Shown here piece after piece: positions 37,017-46,537 of a DNA stretch of 64,000 nucleotides. Position numbers and translations under genes: made by a program. The stretch's first letter is position 1. Each line of letters opens with the position of its first letter. Source of the stretch: an uncultured Victivallales bacterium (GTDB taxonomy: Bacteria > Verrucomicrobiota > Lentisphaeria > Oligosphaerales > JABHEG01); contig CAZSNT010000010.1 of NCBI GenBank assembly GCA_964607765.1, forward strand, positions 27,049 to 91,048, given 5' to 3'. The notes below the pieces were generated by a model. It was not told the origin of the DNA, searched no databases, and saw only the letters and a program-made list of their open reading frames with translations.

Positions 37017-40000
37017 ATGCGCAATCACACCAGACTGTTCGCGTTTCTTGCCACAACGACGGTCCTGCTGCTGTTCGCCGCCCAGGCGCCGAGCGCCAGC
37101 ACGAAGGAGATCATTGACGCATCGGGCGTCAAGGGCGGCCTTGCGGTCGTGTTCGGCAGCAGCCCGGAATTGCTCTCCGGCTTCGGCAAGGGGTGGGTCG
37201 TGCAAGCGCTCGAAACCGATGCGGGCAAGGTCCGCCAGGCCAGGAGCTCCCTGCGCAGGGCCGGACGTTACGGTCCGATCACGGTCAAGCACTGGACAGC
37301 CGCGCACCTGCCCTACGCGGACGGCGTTGTCAACCTGATCGTCGCGAGTCCTGAATCGCGAGTCGCGAGTCCTGAGATCCGCCGCGTGCTGGCCCCCGGG
37401 GGTGTGGCTGTCACCGATCGGCCTGAGCTGTCCGATCCGACTGATCGAAAACTCACCAAGCCCGTTCCCGACGCGATTGACGAGTGGACGCACTACCTGC
37501 ACGGCCCGGACAACAATGCGGTGGCAGAGGATTCGGTGATCGGGCCGCCGCGCTGCCTGAAATGGAGCGGCGGGCCGAAGTACAGCCGAAACCATGAGAT
37601 TGATTCGAGTGTCGTGGCTGTCGTATCGGCGCAGGGCCGGTTCTTCTACGTCGTTGACGAAGGTCTCCCCGGTTTCATGGGCAAGGTCCTGCCGCAGACG
37701 TGGGCCCTGGTCGCGCGGGATGCGTTCAGCGGCGTGATTCTCTGGAAGCGCGCCATGCCCGATATGGGCTGGACGCAGTGGAAGCCGGTCATGGCGGACG
37801 TGAACTGGGCCAAGCTCGTCGCCCAGCGCCGGCTGATCCCGATCACGCTGCCCCGGCGTGTCGTCGCTGCAGGCGACCGCCTCTTCGCCGTGCTGAGCTA
37901 CCACGCGCCGTTGACGGTCATGGACGCCGTCACGGGCGAGACACTGCGCACCGTCGAGGGCACGAAGGGCACGGACGAGATTCTCCACCTCGACGGTCGC
38001 CTGATTCTTGCCGTGCGCCCGCGGACCCGTGGCAGCCAGGACCGGAAGGAAGACGCCCTCAAGGTCGTGAACAGGAACGACAAGCTGGCCACTAACCACC
38101 CGGGAACGGTCATGGCGGTCGACCCGGGCACTGGCGGGATCCTGTGGCAGGCTCCTTCGGAGAAGCTCCTGCCGCTCTCGCTGACGGCCGGCGGCGAACG
38201 CGTGTTCTACCACACCGGCACGGAGGCCGTCTGCCTGAACGTCAGCACGGGCAAAGAGCTCTGGCGCGTCCCGAACAGCAACGCGCAGAGCTTCCGCTGG
38301 AACGTGCAGCACACGCTCATCGTTCACGACGACGTGTTCCTTATCGGGACGCCCAAGAAACTGCAAGCACTCTCCGCCGAATCGGGGGAGCTGCTTTGGG
38401 AAGGCAAAGGCGGCCGAAGCGGATTCGCCGGTTCGAACCCCGTCAACCTCTATGTCATCAACGGTCTCGTCTGGGCCCCCGCCGGTCACAGGCCGGGTTC
38501 TGTGGCCCAGGGGCGCGATCTCCGCACCGGCGACGTCAAGCGCACCGTCCAGCTCCCCGATCACATGTACACCCTCGGCCACCACTTCCGCTGCTACCGC
38601 GGCAAAGCCACCGAGCGCTATCTGCTCGAGAACAAACGCGGCATCGAGATGATCGACCTGAGAGACGGCGAGTTCGTCAAGAACGACTGGGTCCGCGGCA
38701 TGTGCCGTTACGGCATCCTCCCCAGCAACGGCATGATCTACTCCACCCCCACACCGTGCAGCTGCTACGAGGCCGCGCTCCTGACGGGATTCAATGCGCT
38801 GACCACGGAAGGCGTGGCAAGCGCGGGACGAGGCACTAATCCCCTGGAGAAGGGCCCCGCCTTCGCCGAAGTCGGGAGTCGGAAATCGGAGGCCGGAGGC
38901 CCCGATGATTGGCCGTGTTTCAGACGGGACAATCGACGGACCGGCGTGAGCGACGCCGAGGTCGGGCCAGCGCTGGCGCAGAAGTGGCATGCGAAGCTCT
39001 CCGGCAAACTCACGCAGCCCGTCGTAGTCGATGGCAAGCTCTTCGTGGCGTCGGTTGACGAGCACACGGTCCATGCGCTTGACGCAGGCAGCGGTGAACC
39101 GCTCTGGAGCTTCACCGCTGGCGGACGTGTCGATTCCCCGCCCACGTGGCACAGCGGGCGGCTCTTCTTCGGCAGCGCCAACGGCTGGCTCTACAGCCTG
39201 CGCGCCAGCGATGGAGAGCTGGCGTGGCGCTATCGTGTCGCCCCGGGCGACGACCAGATCGTCTCCTACAACCAACTCGAGTCGGCCTGGCCTCTCCGGG
39301 GCAGTGCCCTCGTCGTTGACGGCGTCGTCTACGCAGCGGCCGGCCGGAACACGTACCTGAACGACGGCATCTTCCTGGTCGGACTTGACGCGCACACAGG
39401 CAAGAAGCTCCACGAAGCCCATCTGAAGAACGGACCTCAGGACCCGGCAACGGACAAGAGCCACCACAGCAGCATCGACGGCGCCAAACTGGACGTGCTC
39501 TGCTCTGACGGCGCACACATCTGGATGCGAGGCACTGTGTTCGACAAGACACTCAAACGTGTCCCCGCCGGATCGAGGAAGCTCCCCGGCATCTACGCCT
39601 CGGCAGGCTTCATTGACGACCTCGCCTGGAACCGCAACGCCTGGCGCTTTGGCGCCAGCGTTGCGTCACTGGCCGCCAAGAAGGGGCTCGGGGGGAAGCC
39701 GCACACCGGGCAGCTCCTGGTCCACGACGACAGACTCGTCTACGGCGTCAAGTACTTCCTGGACAACAGCGGCCAGAGCGCCGTGTTCTACCCCGGCCGG
39801 GACGGGTACAAGCTCTTTGCGCATCGCGTCAGCGAGATCGGCAAGAAACCAGCTCCCGCTGCCAAGGCTGGAAAGAAGGGCAGAGGTGCAAAGAAGAAGG
39901 GCGGCAAAACGGCGTCCGCCGCCGCTGTTACTGCTTGGGAGTGTATGCTCCCCGTCCGGATCAGAGCCATGACCAAGGCCGGCAACATGCTCTATGTGGC

Positions 40001-40211
40001 CGGTCCCCCCGATGTCGTCGATCCCGACGATCCCATGGCCGCCTTCGAAGGCCGGAAGGGCGCCGTGCTCCGCGCCTTCTCGGCCGACAGCGGACAGCAA
40101 CTCGCCGAGATCAGACTCAGTTCGCCGCCCGTCTTTGACGGGTTGATCGCGGCCAACGGCAAGCTCTTCATGAGCACGGCTGACGCCGGCGTGATCTGTC
40201 TCGCACGGTAG
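37017..40211 (+). CDS. Secreted PQQ-binding-like double beta-propeller protein (third paralog)
   Basis: Start re-called at MRNHTRLFAFL (GGAG RBS, signal peptide). LPYADGVVNLIV...RVLAPGG, DEWTHYLHGPDNN, HHFRCYRGKAT, RGMCRYG, PCSCY and PVFDGLIAANG. Confidence 0.88.
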   Translation: MRNHTRLFAFLATTTVLLLFAAQAPSASTKEIIDASGVKGGLAVVFGSSPELLSGFGKGWVVQALETDAGKVRQARSSLRRAGRYGPITVKHWTAAHLPYADGVVNLIVASPESRVASPEIRRVLAPGGVAVTDRPELSDPTDRKLTKPVPDAIDEWTHYLHGPDNNAVAEDSVIGPPRCLKWSGGPKYSRNHEIDSSVVAVVSAQGRFFYVVDEGLPGFMGKVLPQTWALVARDAFSGVILWKRAMPDMGWTQWKPVMADVNWAKLVAQRRLIPITLPRRVVAAGDRLFAVLSYHAPLTVMDAVTGETLRTVEGTKGTDEILHLDGRLILAVRPRTRGSQDRKEDALKVVNRNDKLATNHPGTVMAVDPGTGGILWQAPSEKLLPLSLTAGGERVFYHTGTEAVCLNVSTGKELWRVPNSNAQSFRWNVQHTLIVHDDVFLIGTPKKLQALSAESGELLWEGKGGRSGFAGSNPVNLYVINGLVWAPAGHRPGSVAQGRDLRTGDVKRTVQLPDHMYTLGHHFRCYRGKATERYLLENKRGIEMIDLRDGEFVKNDWVRGMCRYGILPSNGMIYSTPTPCSCYEAALLTGFNALTTEGVASAGRGTNPLEKGPAFAEVGSRKSEAGGPDDWPCFRRDNRRTGVSDAEVGPALAQKWHAKLSGKLTQPVVVDGKLFVASVDEHTVHALDAGSGEPLWSFTAGGRVDSPPTWHSGRLFFGSANGWLYSLRASDGELAWRYRVAPGDDQIVSYNQLESAWPLRGSALVVDGVVYAAAGRNTYLNDGIFLVGLDAHTGKKLHEAHLKNGPQDPATDKSHHSSIDGAKLDVLCSDGAHIWMRGTVFDKTLKRVPAGSRKLPGIYASAGFIDDLAWNRNAWRFGASVASLAAKKGLGGKPHTGQLLVHDDRLVYGVKYFLDNSGQSAVFYPGRDGYKLFAHRVSEIGKKPAPAAKAGKKGRGAKKKGGKTASAAAVTAWECMLPVRIRAMTKAGNMLYVAGPPDVVDPDDPMAAFEGRKGAVLRAFSADSGQQLAEIRLSSPPVFDGLIAANGKLFMSTADAGVICLAR

Positions 40212-40348
40212 CGGGGGGAGCGGCGCAGATGGTCCGTTCCACTCGGCAGGAAGGGAATCCCATGGAACCGGTGGCTTGCCCCCTACGAGATCGCCAAGGC
40301 CACTCCCGAGATCGCCGCAAACACGCTCATACACGGAAGGACGCACGG

Positions 40349-43300
40349 ATGAATCTGACCAAACACGCTGTTCCTGCTTTGGCGTTGGCGTTGATGCTGG
40401 CGTGTTCATGCCAAAGCAGGCGAATCGCGTTGGATGAGGCCACGCTTTCGGGCATGCCGATCATGCTATCGACGAGCCACGGTCATGACGTGGAGGTCAC
40501 GAGGGAGGGGGAGGACGTCTACCACGTCAGGACTCTCGGTACGGACCCGTACATCCACGCTGTGTTCCTTGACGAGGCCATTGACACACACACCCAACAC
40601 GTCATTGCGTTCGAGTACACCGCTGATCGCGATCCCGGTCATTTCCAGGTCTTCTACGGCCCGCCCATTTCGGCGCGGGCCCAGGCTGTCACCGACATGC
40701 CGGCGGCGGCCGAATGGACGCCGTTCAGGATCGACCTCAAGAAGACCGGGAAGAACTTCAGGGGGCCCCTTGCTCTCTTCCGTTTCGACTTCGGAAATCA
40801 GGCGGCCGTGAATCTGAGGGTCCGCAATGTCCGCCTACTCGGGCCCGCCCCGGGCAGGAAGGCGTTGGTCCCGGGCCCATCTGAGCGTCTGGTCACCGTT
40901 GAAGAGGACGCGGTGGTCATTGATTTTGCGGACGAGTTCAAGACGGCAAAGTCGGCAAACAGCCTGAGCACGAGACTCACCGAGGCGCTCAGGATCGGCG
41001 ATATCGACGGCAAAGGCATTTTTCAGCATTCCCCACGTGATGTGAGCTCCGGCAACGCCAGCCTCACGTTTGCGGACGTGGTCATGCCCACGATCTCGGT
41101 CGACGAGAAGTTGATCCTGTCCTACTACAAGGGGCTCAATGTCGACCACACGACCAAAGACCAGGCGGACGGCGTTGCGTTTGTGCTTGGCATTGACGGC
41201 ACGGAGGTCCATCGCTCCGTCAAACAGACCAAGGAATGGGAGAGAGCGCGCTGTGATCTGAGCGACTTCGCGGGCCGGACGGTCACGGTCTCGCTGGAGA
41301 TGGACGGACTGGGGAACTCGAACTATGACCAGGCCACATGGGGGCACCCCCGCATCGTTGTTGACGGCAGGAAACTGGAAAAACAGAGAATCGAGAAGGT
41401 CTTCGGCATCAAGCTCTCCGACGTGGTGCCGGCCAGCCCGGCCGCGACCAATGTCCACGAGTCCGGCGATCGTGCAGTCACTCTCGTGTCGTCCTTCTAC
41501 AAGCACCTCGATCTCGATGCCATGACCCGGGAGGCGGCAACCGATCCCAGCGCGGCGCCGCTCGTGCCGTACGGACCTCGCCTGGTGGCCGGGGAAGGTC
41601 CCCATCCTGACAATCACACGATCATTCGCATTCTCGCCAGGCACCAGCTGCCTGTTGTGCAGTTCCTGGCCTTCCCCGAGACCGTGCGGGGCGGTGTCGG
41701 GGTGGAGTGCGGGCGCTTCGGCGCCGCGGCCGAGCTGTGCATTGTTGCCTATCCGTTGGCTGACAATACGCGGGCCGTACGGGTTTTCGACGAGCACGGC
41801 GGTCTGCTGCACGAGATCAAGGTCGCGGATGCGGTCACGCCGCCGTTCAGCGTCAGTGTCGGGAACGTCCTGGCTGATCACGCGGGAGATGAGATTGCGG
41901 TGACCCCGGCGGAACAGGACAGTCGGGAGGTCACCGTGCTCATCTACGCGCCCGACGGCGCTCTGCTCCAATCCGCCAGCTGCATCCGGAGGACTTCCGG
42001 GAAGACGTCCCTGCGCCTCTCGTGCAACCCCGGTGGTGCACATGATGCCTTGGTTCTCTGCGAGGGTACGCTTGCTCAGGCGGTTGAGTTGCCGCCACAG
42101 ACTGCCTGTGATCTCCCTCTCTCGGAGCTGGCTCCGGGGAGCCGGGTGTTCCCAAGCGCGTTTGAGGATCGTACGTTCAATGTGGTCCGAGACAGCAAGG
42201 TGGAGTCGTGGGTAGAGACCATCGGACCTGCCGGCCGCTCCCGTATCAACGCCGGCACGGAAGAGAATATCTTCTGGTACTACCTGCAGAAGAGCCATGC
42301 CGGGGACAAGGCGGACTGGGAGGAACTGCCTGACGGCGAGTACGTCCGGAACGGCAGGTACAACTTCCTTGGCATGGTCGCCTGTTGGAGCGACGTGCTG
42401 AAGGTCGGGAAACTCGAAGGGCACTCCTACGCCGACTGGACGGAGGGCCGGTTTGCGCAGGCCATGCAGAAACGTCTGGCCGAGTATGACCAGGGGCGCC
42501 CTAAGACGTGGTCGCCGACCGTCAGCCACCGCTGGGGGCTGCAGGCGATGTGGCCCACCATGAACATCAGGGACAGAACGTACGGCCTGCCCAAGTACAT
42601 GCTGCTCGACCGCGATAACGAAACCATACGGTCCGGACACTTCGGGCATGTCAGTTTCAGCTACGGCAGCTACAACTTCGAGCTGCCGGGATTGCGCGAT
42701 CTCTACACCTATTGCCAGCGGGAGTTCCTCAAGAGACTGGCGCCGCTGCACCGGAAGGACCCCGAGTACCTGCTCGCCGTGGAGCCGAATCACGAGAACG
42801 AGATTGTCTCGGGCGAAGGCGGCTCCGTCTCGATCGGCGACTACAACACCAGCGCTCTGGCAGGTTTCTACAAATACCTGCTGGTCATGTACGGGAATCT
42901 CGACGGCATCAATGCGGCTTTCGCCACGCCTTTCACGGACGCCTTTTTCGACGCGCCGCGGCACAAAGGGCGTGGCCCTTGGGACACCTATGACGTGGCC
43001 AATCCGTATTTCGCCAAGTGGCTCGAGTACAACACGACGCTGGTGCACCGCCGGGTCGGCAACACCTTCCGCGAAGCCCTGCTGGCCGGGTTCCCGCCCG
43101 AAGCGATCAAGTGTCACCAGATCCCCGACTCCTACGTGTTCGGGTTCGAGATCGGGTTCTCTGCGAAGACGCGGCGCATCACTCCCATCGATTGGATGCT
43201 CAACGCAGGCACGGGCTTCGGCTTCACCCGCTACGGGACCTGGTATAAGAAGCGCCACAACTGCACGCAGGGCAGTCACTCATCCGGATTCGACTCCGTG

Positions 43301-44062
43301 CTCATCGGCGAGTACGGCTCGCTCACGCCTAACGAGGAGGACGCCTACCGGCAGCTGGTCTACATGCAGGAGCGAGGCGTCAATTTCCTCCACGTCATGT
43401 GGTGGCCCCGGTCCCACGACAGAGGCTACAACAAGGCTCAGATCTCCGCACTGAAGCGATTCAGCGCGGAGAACGATGTGCCAAGACCGGGGCTGGCGGG
43501 CGGCATCAGGCAGATCAGGCCGTACAGACGGGAGGGCGCGGCCTATGATATTGCTTCGCTCGGGACCGGCCCCGAGCACACGGGCCTGCTCAAGTCCCTC
43601 AGAGCCGACGGCAAGTGGGAAGGCACAGTCTACACGGTACCGTTCCATGCCCACGTTGACGTTGCACGGCTCGCGAGTCGCGAGTCGGCGCGCATCACCA
43701 ATGCCGCGACGGATCTGTGCAATGTCACAGGCGTCTACTCGGGCATGCAGCTGGAGATTGTCTTCACCGGCACGGCCCCCGCTGCAACGTCTCTCACGGT
43801 CAAAGTACACCATGCCGGCCGGCACCTTCCGGAGCAGGATATGGTCGTTGCGGTGGGGCCGGCACAGCGGCACTACCGCCTGATCAAGAAGTTCTCCATG
43901 CCCGTTTCCGAGCTGAACTTCAAGCTCGAGGCGGACCGGAGCGACGTCGTGCTTACCGGACTGAAGGCCCTGCTGCACCGCGAGCAAACCGTGCGCCTGA
44001 AGCGGAGCGTCTTCACCGGGCAACGCCACCGAGGCGGCGTGATGTTCGATGTATTGGAGTAG
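40349..44062 (+). CDS. Large lipoprotein with N-terminal beta-sandwich/CBM-like modules and a C-terminal GH42-like glycoside hydrolase domain
   Basis: Start re-called at MNLTKHAV with lipobox LACSC. EPNHENE, GDYN...FYKYLLVMYGNLDGINAAFAT (GH42-like 'Y..l..lNaaw.t' motif) and LIGEYG. Confidence 0.7.
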   Translation: MNLTKHAVPALALALMLACSCQSRRIALDEATLSGMPIMLSTSHGHDVEVTREGEDVYHVRTLGTDPYIHAVFLDEAIDTHTQHVIAFEYTADRDPGHFQVFYGPPISARAQAVTDMPAAAEWTPFRIDLKKTGKNFRGPLALFRFDFGNQAAVNLRVRNVRLLGPAPGRKALVPGPSERLVTVEEDAVVIDFADEFKTAKSANSLSTRLTEALRIGDIDGKGIFQHSPRDVSSGNASLTFADVVMPTISVDEKLILSYYKGLNVDHTTKDQADGVAFVLGIDGTEVHRSVKQTKEWERARCDLSDFAGRTVTVSLEMDGLGNSNYDQATWGHPRIVVDGRKLEKQRIEKVFGIKLSDVVPASPAATNVHESGDRAVTLVSSFYKHLDLDAMTREAATDPSAAPLVPYGPRLVAGEGPHPDNHTIIRILARHQLPVVQFLAFPETVRGGVGVECGRFGAAAELCIVAYPLADNTRAVRVFDEHGGLLHEIKVADAVTPPFSVSVGNVLADHAGDEIAVTPAEQDSREVTVLIYAPDGALLQSASCIRRTSGKTSLRLSCNPGGAHDALVLCEGTLAQAVELPPQTACDLPLSELAPGSRVFPSAFEDRTFNVVRDSKVESWVETIGPAGRSRINAGTEENIFWYYLQKSHAGDKADWEELPDGEYVRNGRYNFLGMVACWSDVLKVGKLEGHSYADWTEGRFAQAMQKRLAEYDQGRPKTWSPTVSHRWGLQAMWPTMNIRDRTYGLPKYMLLDRDNETIRSGHFGHVSFSYGSYNFELPGLRDLYTYCQREFLKRLAPLHRKDPEYLLAVEPNHENEIVSGEGGSVSIGDYNTSALAGFYKYLLVMYGNLDGINAAFATPFTDAFFDAPRHKGRGPWDTYDVANPYFAKWLEYNTTLVHRRVGNTFREALLAGFPPEAIKCHQIPDSYVFGFEIGFSAKTRRITPIDWMLNAGTGFGFTRYGTWYKKRHNCTQGSHSSGFDSVLIGEYGSLTPNEEDAYRQLVYMQERGVNFLHVMWWPRSHDRGYNKAQISALKRFSAENDVPRPGLAGGIRQIRPYRREGAAYDIASLGTGPEHTGLLKSLRADGKWEGTVYTVPFHAHVDVARLASRESARITNAATDLCNVTGVYSGMQLEIVFTGTAPAATSLTVKVHHAGRHLPEQDMVVAVGPAQRHYRLIKKFSMPVSELNFKLEADRSDVVLTGLKALLHREQTVRLKRSVFTGQRHRGGVMFDVLE

Positions 44063-44094
44063 TGTGCAGTCGGTGGTGAGTTGAGGTGTCAGGT

Positions 44095-44182
44095 GGCGTT
44101 AGGCGTTAGGCGTTAGGCGTTAGGCGCTAGGCGTTAGGCGTTAGGCGTTAGGCGTTAGGCGTTAGGCGTTAGGCGTTAGGCG
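44095..44182. repeat. Heptamer microsatellite (GGCGTTA)12
   Basis: 12 full units (one GGCGCTA variant) plus GGCG; intergenic. Confidence 0.95.
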
Positions 44183-44183
44183 G

Positions 44184-44277
44184 TACTTCGTCTTTCTACT
44201 TCATCTTTCTACTTCGTCTCTCCGTGACGCACCCGAAACGGACGAAGAGGGAAGACGAGGCAGAAAGACAAGGGAAG
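44184..44277. repeat. Inverted pair of 13-mer tandem arrays
   Basis: TACTTC[G/A]TCTTTC x3 (44184-44221) followed about 19 nt later by degenerate reverse-complement copies GACGAAGAGGGAA/GACGAGGCAGAAA/GACAAGGGAAG. Confidence 0.75.
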
Positions 44278-44375
44278 GTAGCGGGAGTGTCAACTCCCAG
44301 CCAGGACTTGGCCGTCTGACGCTTCACGCGTACCTGAAGTGCGGTTGTGACCAGCGGAATCGATATGGAGTCAGC

Positions 44376-45458
44376 ATGACACCGAGAGAGAACACACTCA
44401 GCCTGTACCGGCGTACCGGCTACCAATTCATGCCGGTCTCGTTCGGGATGTGCCCGGCCGTGCGGGAGAAAATGGCGGCCGCGCTCGGCGACGGCGTTTC
44501 GCCGGGGGACTATTACGGCTACCCCGAAGGCTTTGCCGGCGCCGGCTGTCCCGGGCCGAGGCCGGCCGAGCGAGAGCCAGTGGACTGGCGCTCCTTCTAC
44601 GCCGAGAAACTCGCCCCCGACACGTCTTTCAATGCCTATGGGGTGGCGATGGAAGGCGGGCACGAGGGAACGCAGCATCTACGGCGGATGCATCATCCCC
44701 TGGCAAACGCCACATCCCTCGAGGAACTCCAGGCCTATCCGTGGCCGGAATGGGACTGGGACGACACCGGGCACATGGCCGAAGCGGTCCGGAACGGTCA
44801 GGACAAAGGGCTGGCCGTGGGTGGCGGCATGGCCATGACGATCTGGGAGACCGCCTGGTATATCCGGGACATGACCCAGCTCATGATGGACATGGCCATG
44901 GACGACGGGAAGGCCGTCTTCATTCTCGACAAGGTGACCGACGATTCCGCTCGCAGGGCCGCCGCGTTCGCCCAAGCCGGTGTCGACATCATTCAGATGG
45001 GCGATGACATCGGCATGCAGAACACGATCATGATGGCCGAGAGCATGTACCGGGAGTGGCTCAAACCGCGCCTGGCCAAGGTGATCGCGGCCGCGCGTGC
45101 AGAGAAGCCGGATGTGCTGATCCACTACCACAGCTGCGGCTACATCGAGCCCTACATCCCGGACCTCATCGAGATCGGTGTGGACATCCTGAACCCCGTA
45201 CAGCCTGAATGCACGGACTTCGCCAAGCTCCATGCCGAGTATGGCGACAGGCTTTCGTTCAACGGTACGCTGGGCACGCAGACAACCATGCCGTTCGGCA
45301 CCCCGGAAGATGTCCGGCAGGTCGTGTTCGAGAATCTCGACACTGCCGGCGCGAAGGGCGGATTAGGCGTGTGTCCCACGCACCTTCTCGAGCCCGAGGT
45401 GCCCTGGGCAAACGTCGAAGCCTACATCCGCGCCTGCCGCGACTACTCACGCAGCTGA
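44376..45458 (+). CDS. Uroporphyrinogen decarboxylase (URO-D)/MtaA-CmuA family protein
   Basis: MTPRE start, MGDDIG, HYHSCG, GVDILNPVQ, GTLGTQTTMPFGTPEDV and CPTH; GGAG RBS. Confidence 0.88.
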   Translation: MTPRENTLSLYRRTGYQFMPVSFGMCPAVREKMAAALGDGVSPGDYYGYPEGFAGAGCPGPRPAEREPVDWRSFYAEKLAPDTSFNAYGVAMEGGHEGTQHLRRMHHPLANATSLEELQAYPWPEWDWDDTGHMAEAVRNGQDKGLAVGGGMAMTIWETAWYIRDMTQLMMDMAMDDGKAVFILDKVTDDSARRAAAFAQAGVDIIQMGDDIGMQNTIMMAESMYREWLKPRLAKVIAAARAEKPDVLIHYHSCGYIEPYIPDLIEIGVDILNPVQPECTDFAKLHAEYGDRLSFNGTLGTQTTMPFGTPEDVRQVVFENLDTAGAKGGLGVCPTHLLEPEVPWANVEAYIRACRDYSRS

Positions 45459-45530
45459 AAGCGAGCCACGGCTCGAGCGAGTCACAGGGACAGGGGGCGT
45501 CCGAGAAACGCTCTGCCGGGCAAGCCCGCC

Positions 45531-45611
45531 CTGGGACCGCCGAGCACCAGCTCGGCATCCGGGAAGCCAACACAGGTAAGGAACAACGAGTAACGAGTAA
45601 CGAATAACGAT
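45531..45611. repeat. REP-like hairpin plus heptamer array (TAACGAG)~4
   Basis: CTGGGACC-GCCGAGC-ACCA-GCTCGGC (45531-45556); CAACGAG TAACGAG TAACGAA TAACGAT (45584-45611). Confidence 0.7.
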
Positions 45612-45711
45612 ACCCCCGCGCCCGGGGCGCTGTCCACTACCGGCTGTTCACAGCCGATCCAGATGGTACAGTTCTCTGTAGTTGATAACCAGACCATAGA
45701 GGAGACGGACC

Positions 45712-46377
45712 ATGATGACTCGGAATCGCACGTTGTTCGCAATCGCTTCGATGTTGCTGTTGGCGGGCGCGTCACAGCTGCGCGCCCAGGAGGCGGCAGC
45801 GGATGGTTGGGTGACGCTGCTCGACAAGGACTTCACGGGTTGGGCATTCCATCTCACCAAGGAAGGCAAGACCAACGAAGGCACGTTCACGATCGAAGAC
45901 GGCGTGATGAACTGCAACGGCAAGCCGTCCGGCTACATCTACTCGGAGAAGTCCTACAGCAAGTACACGCTGCAGGTTGAGCTCGCCTTCGTGAAGCCCC
46001 AGAAGCTCAAGGAAGGCAAGAAACCCCGCGGCAACAGCGGCATCCTGATCCACGCTGCCGACAAGAACGCACTCGGCGTCTGGCCGCGCAGCATCGAGGT
46101 CCAGGGCATGCACCGGCAGTCCGGGCTGATTCTGCCGATCCCGCGCAAGCTCAAGTGCGGAAAGACCTACGACAAAGCGGTTTTCAGCAAGAATGTGAAG
46201 CCATTCGGCGAGTGGAACCTCTACGAGATCGATGTCGACGGCGGCAATATGACCATCAAGCTGAACGGCGACGTGGTCTCGACCGTCACCGACTGCGAAC
46301 TCACCAGCGGCCCAATCGCCTTCCAGAGCGAAGGCGCACCCACACGCTGGCGCAACATCCGCATCAAGGAGAAGTGA
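45712..46377 (+). CDS. DUF1080 / 3-keto-disaccharide hydrolase family secreted protein
   Basis: Signal peptide; GNSGILIH, IEVQ, GEWN, GPIAFQSEG and RNIRIKE. Confidence 0.88.
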   Translation: MMTRNRTLFAIASMLLLAGASQLRAQEAAADGWVTLLDKDFTGWAFHLTKEGKTNEGTFTIEDGVMNCNGKPSGYIYSEKSYSKYTLQVELAFVKPQKLKEGKKPRGNSGILIHAADKNALGVWPRSIEVQGMHRQSGLILPIPRKLKCGKTYDKAVFSKNVKPFGEWNLYEIDVDGGNMTIKLNGDVVSTVTDCELTSGPIAFQSEGAPTRWRNIRIKEK

Positions 46378-46537
46378 TCCGGGTTACGGAAGCACGCCTT
46401 TCGTACCGTTCCGGGGCTGCTCAAACCGTCTAGGGGACGGTCTTCCCGGGGGCTATTTGCCGACGTGGCGGGACATCACGAGATAAGCCTCCCGGGCGGG
46501 ACGAGGATGCACGTATGGTCAAGGCTTTCGACGGCAG

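Noticed and set aside
36774-43279. Long antisense ORFs (e.g. 36774..39518, 40835..43279; also 14606..16972, 51298..53274, 5896..7776, 29380..31194)
   Set aside because: They lie opposite well-supported genes and carry no motifs; they are the expected shadow ORFs of high-GC codon usage.
44095-44182. Telomere-like interpretation of (TTAGGCG)n
   Set aside because: The array is internal, short and flanked by ordinary bacterial genes, and it is one of several heptamer arrays with different units.
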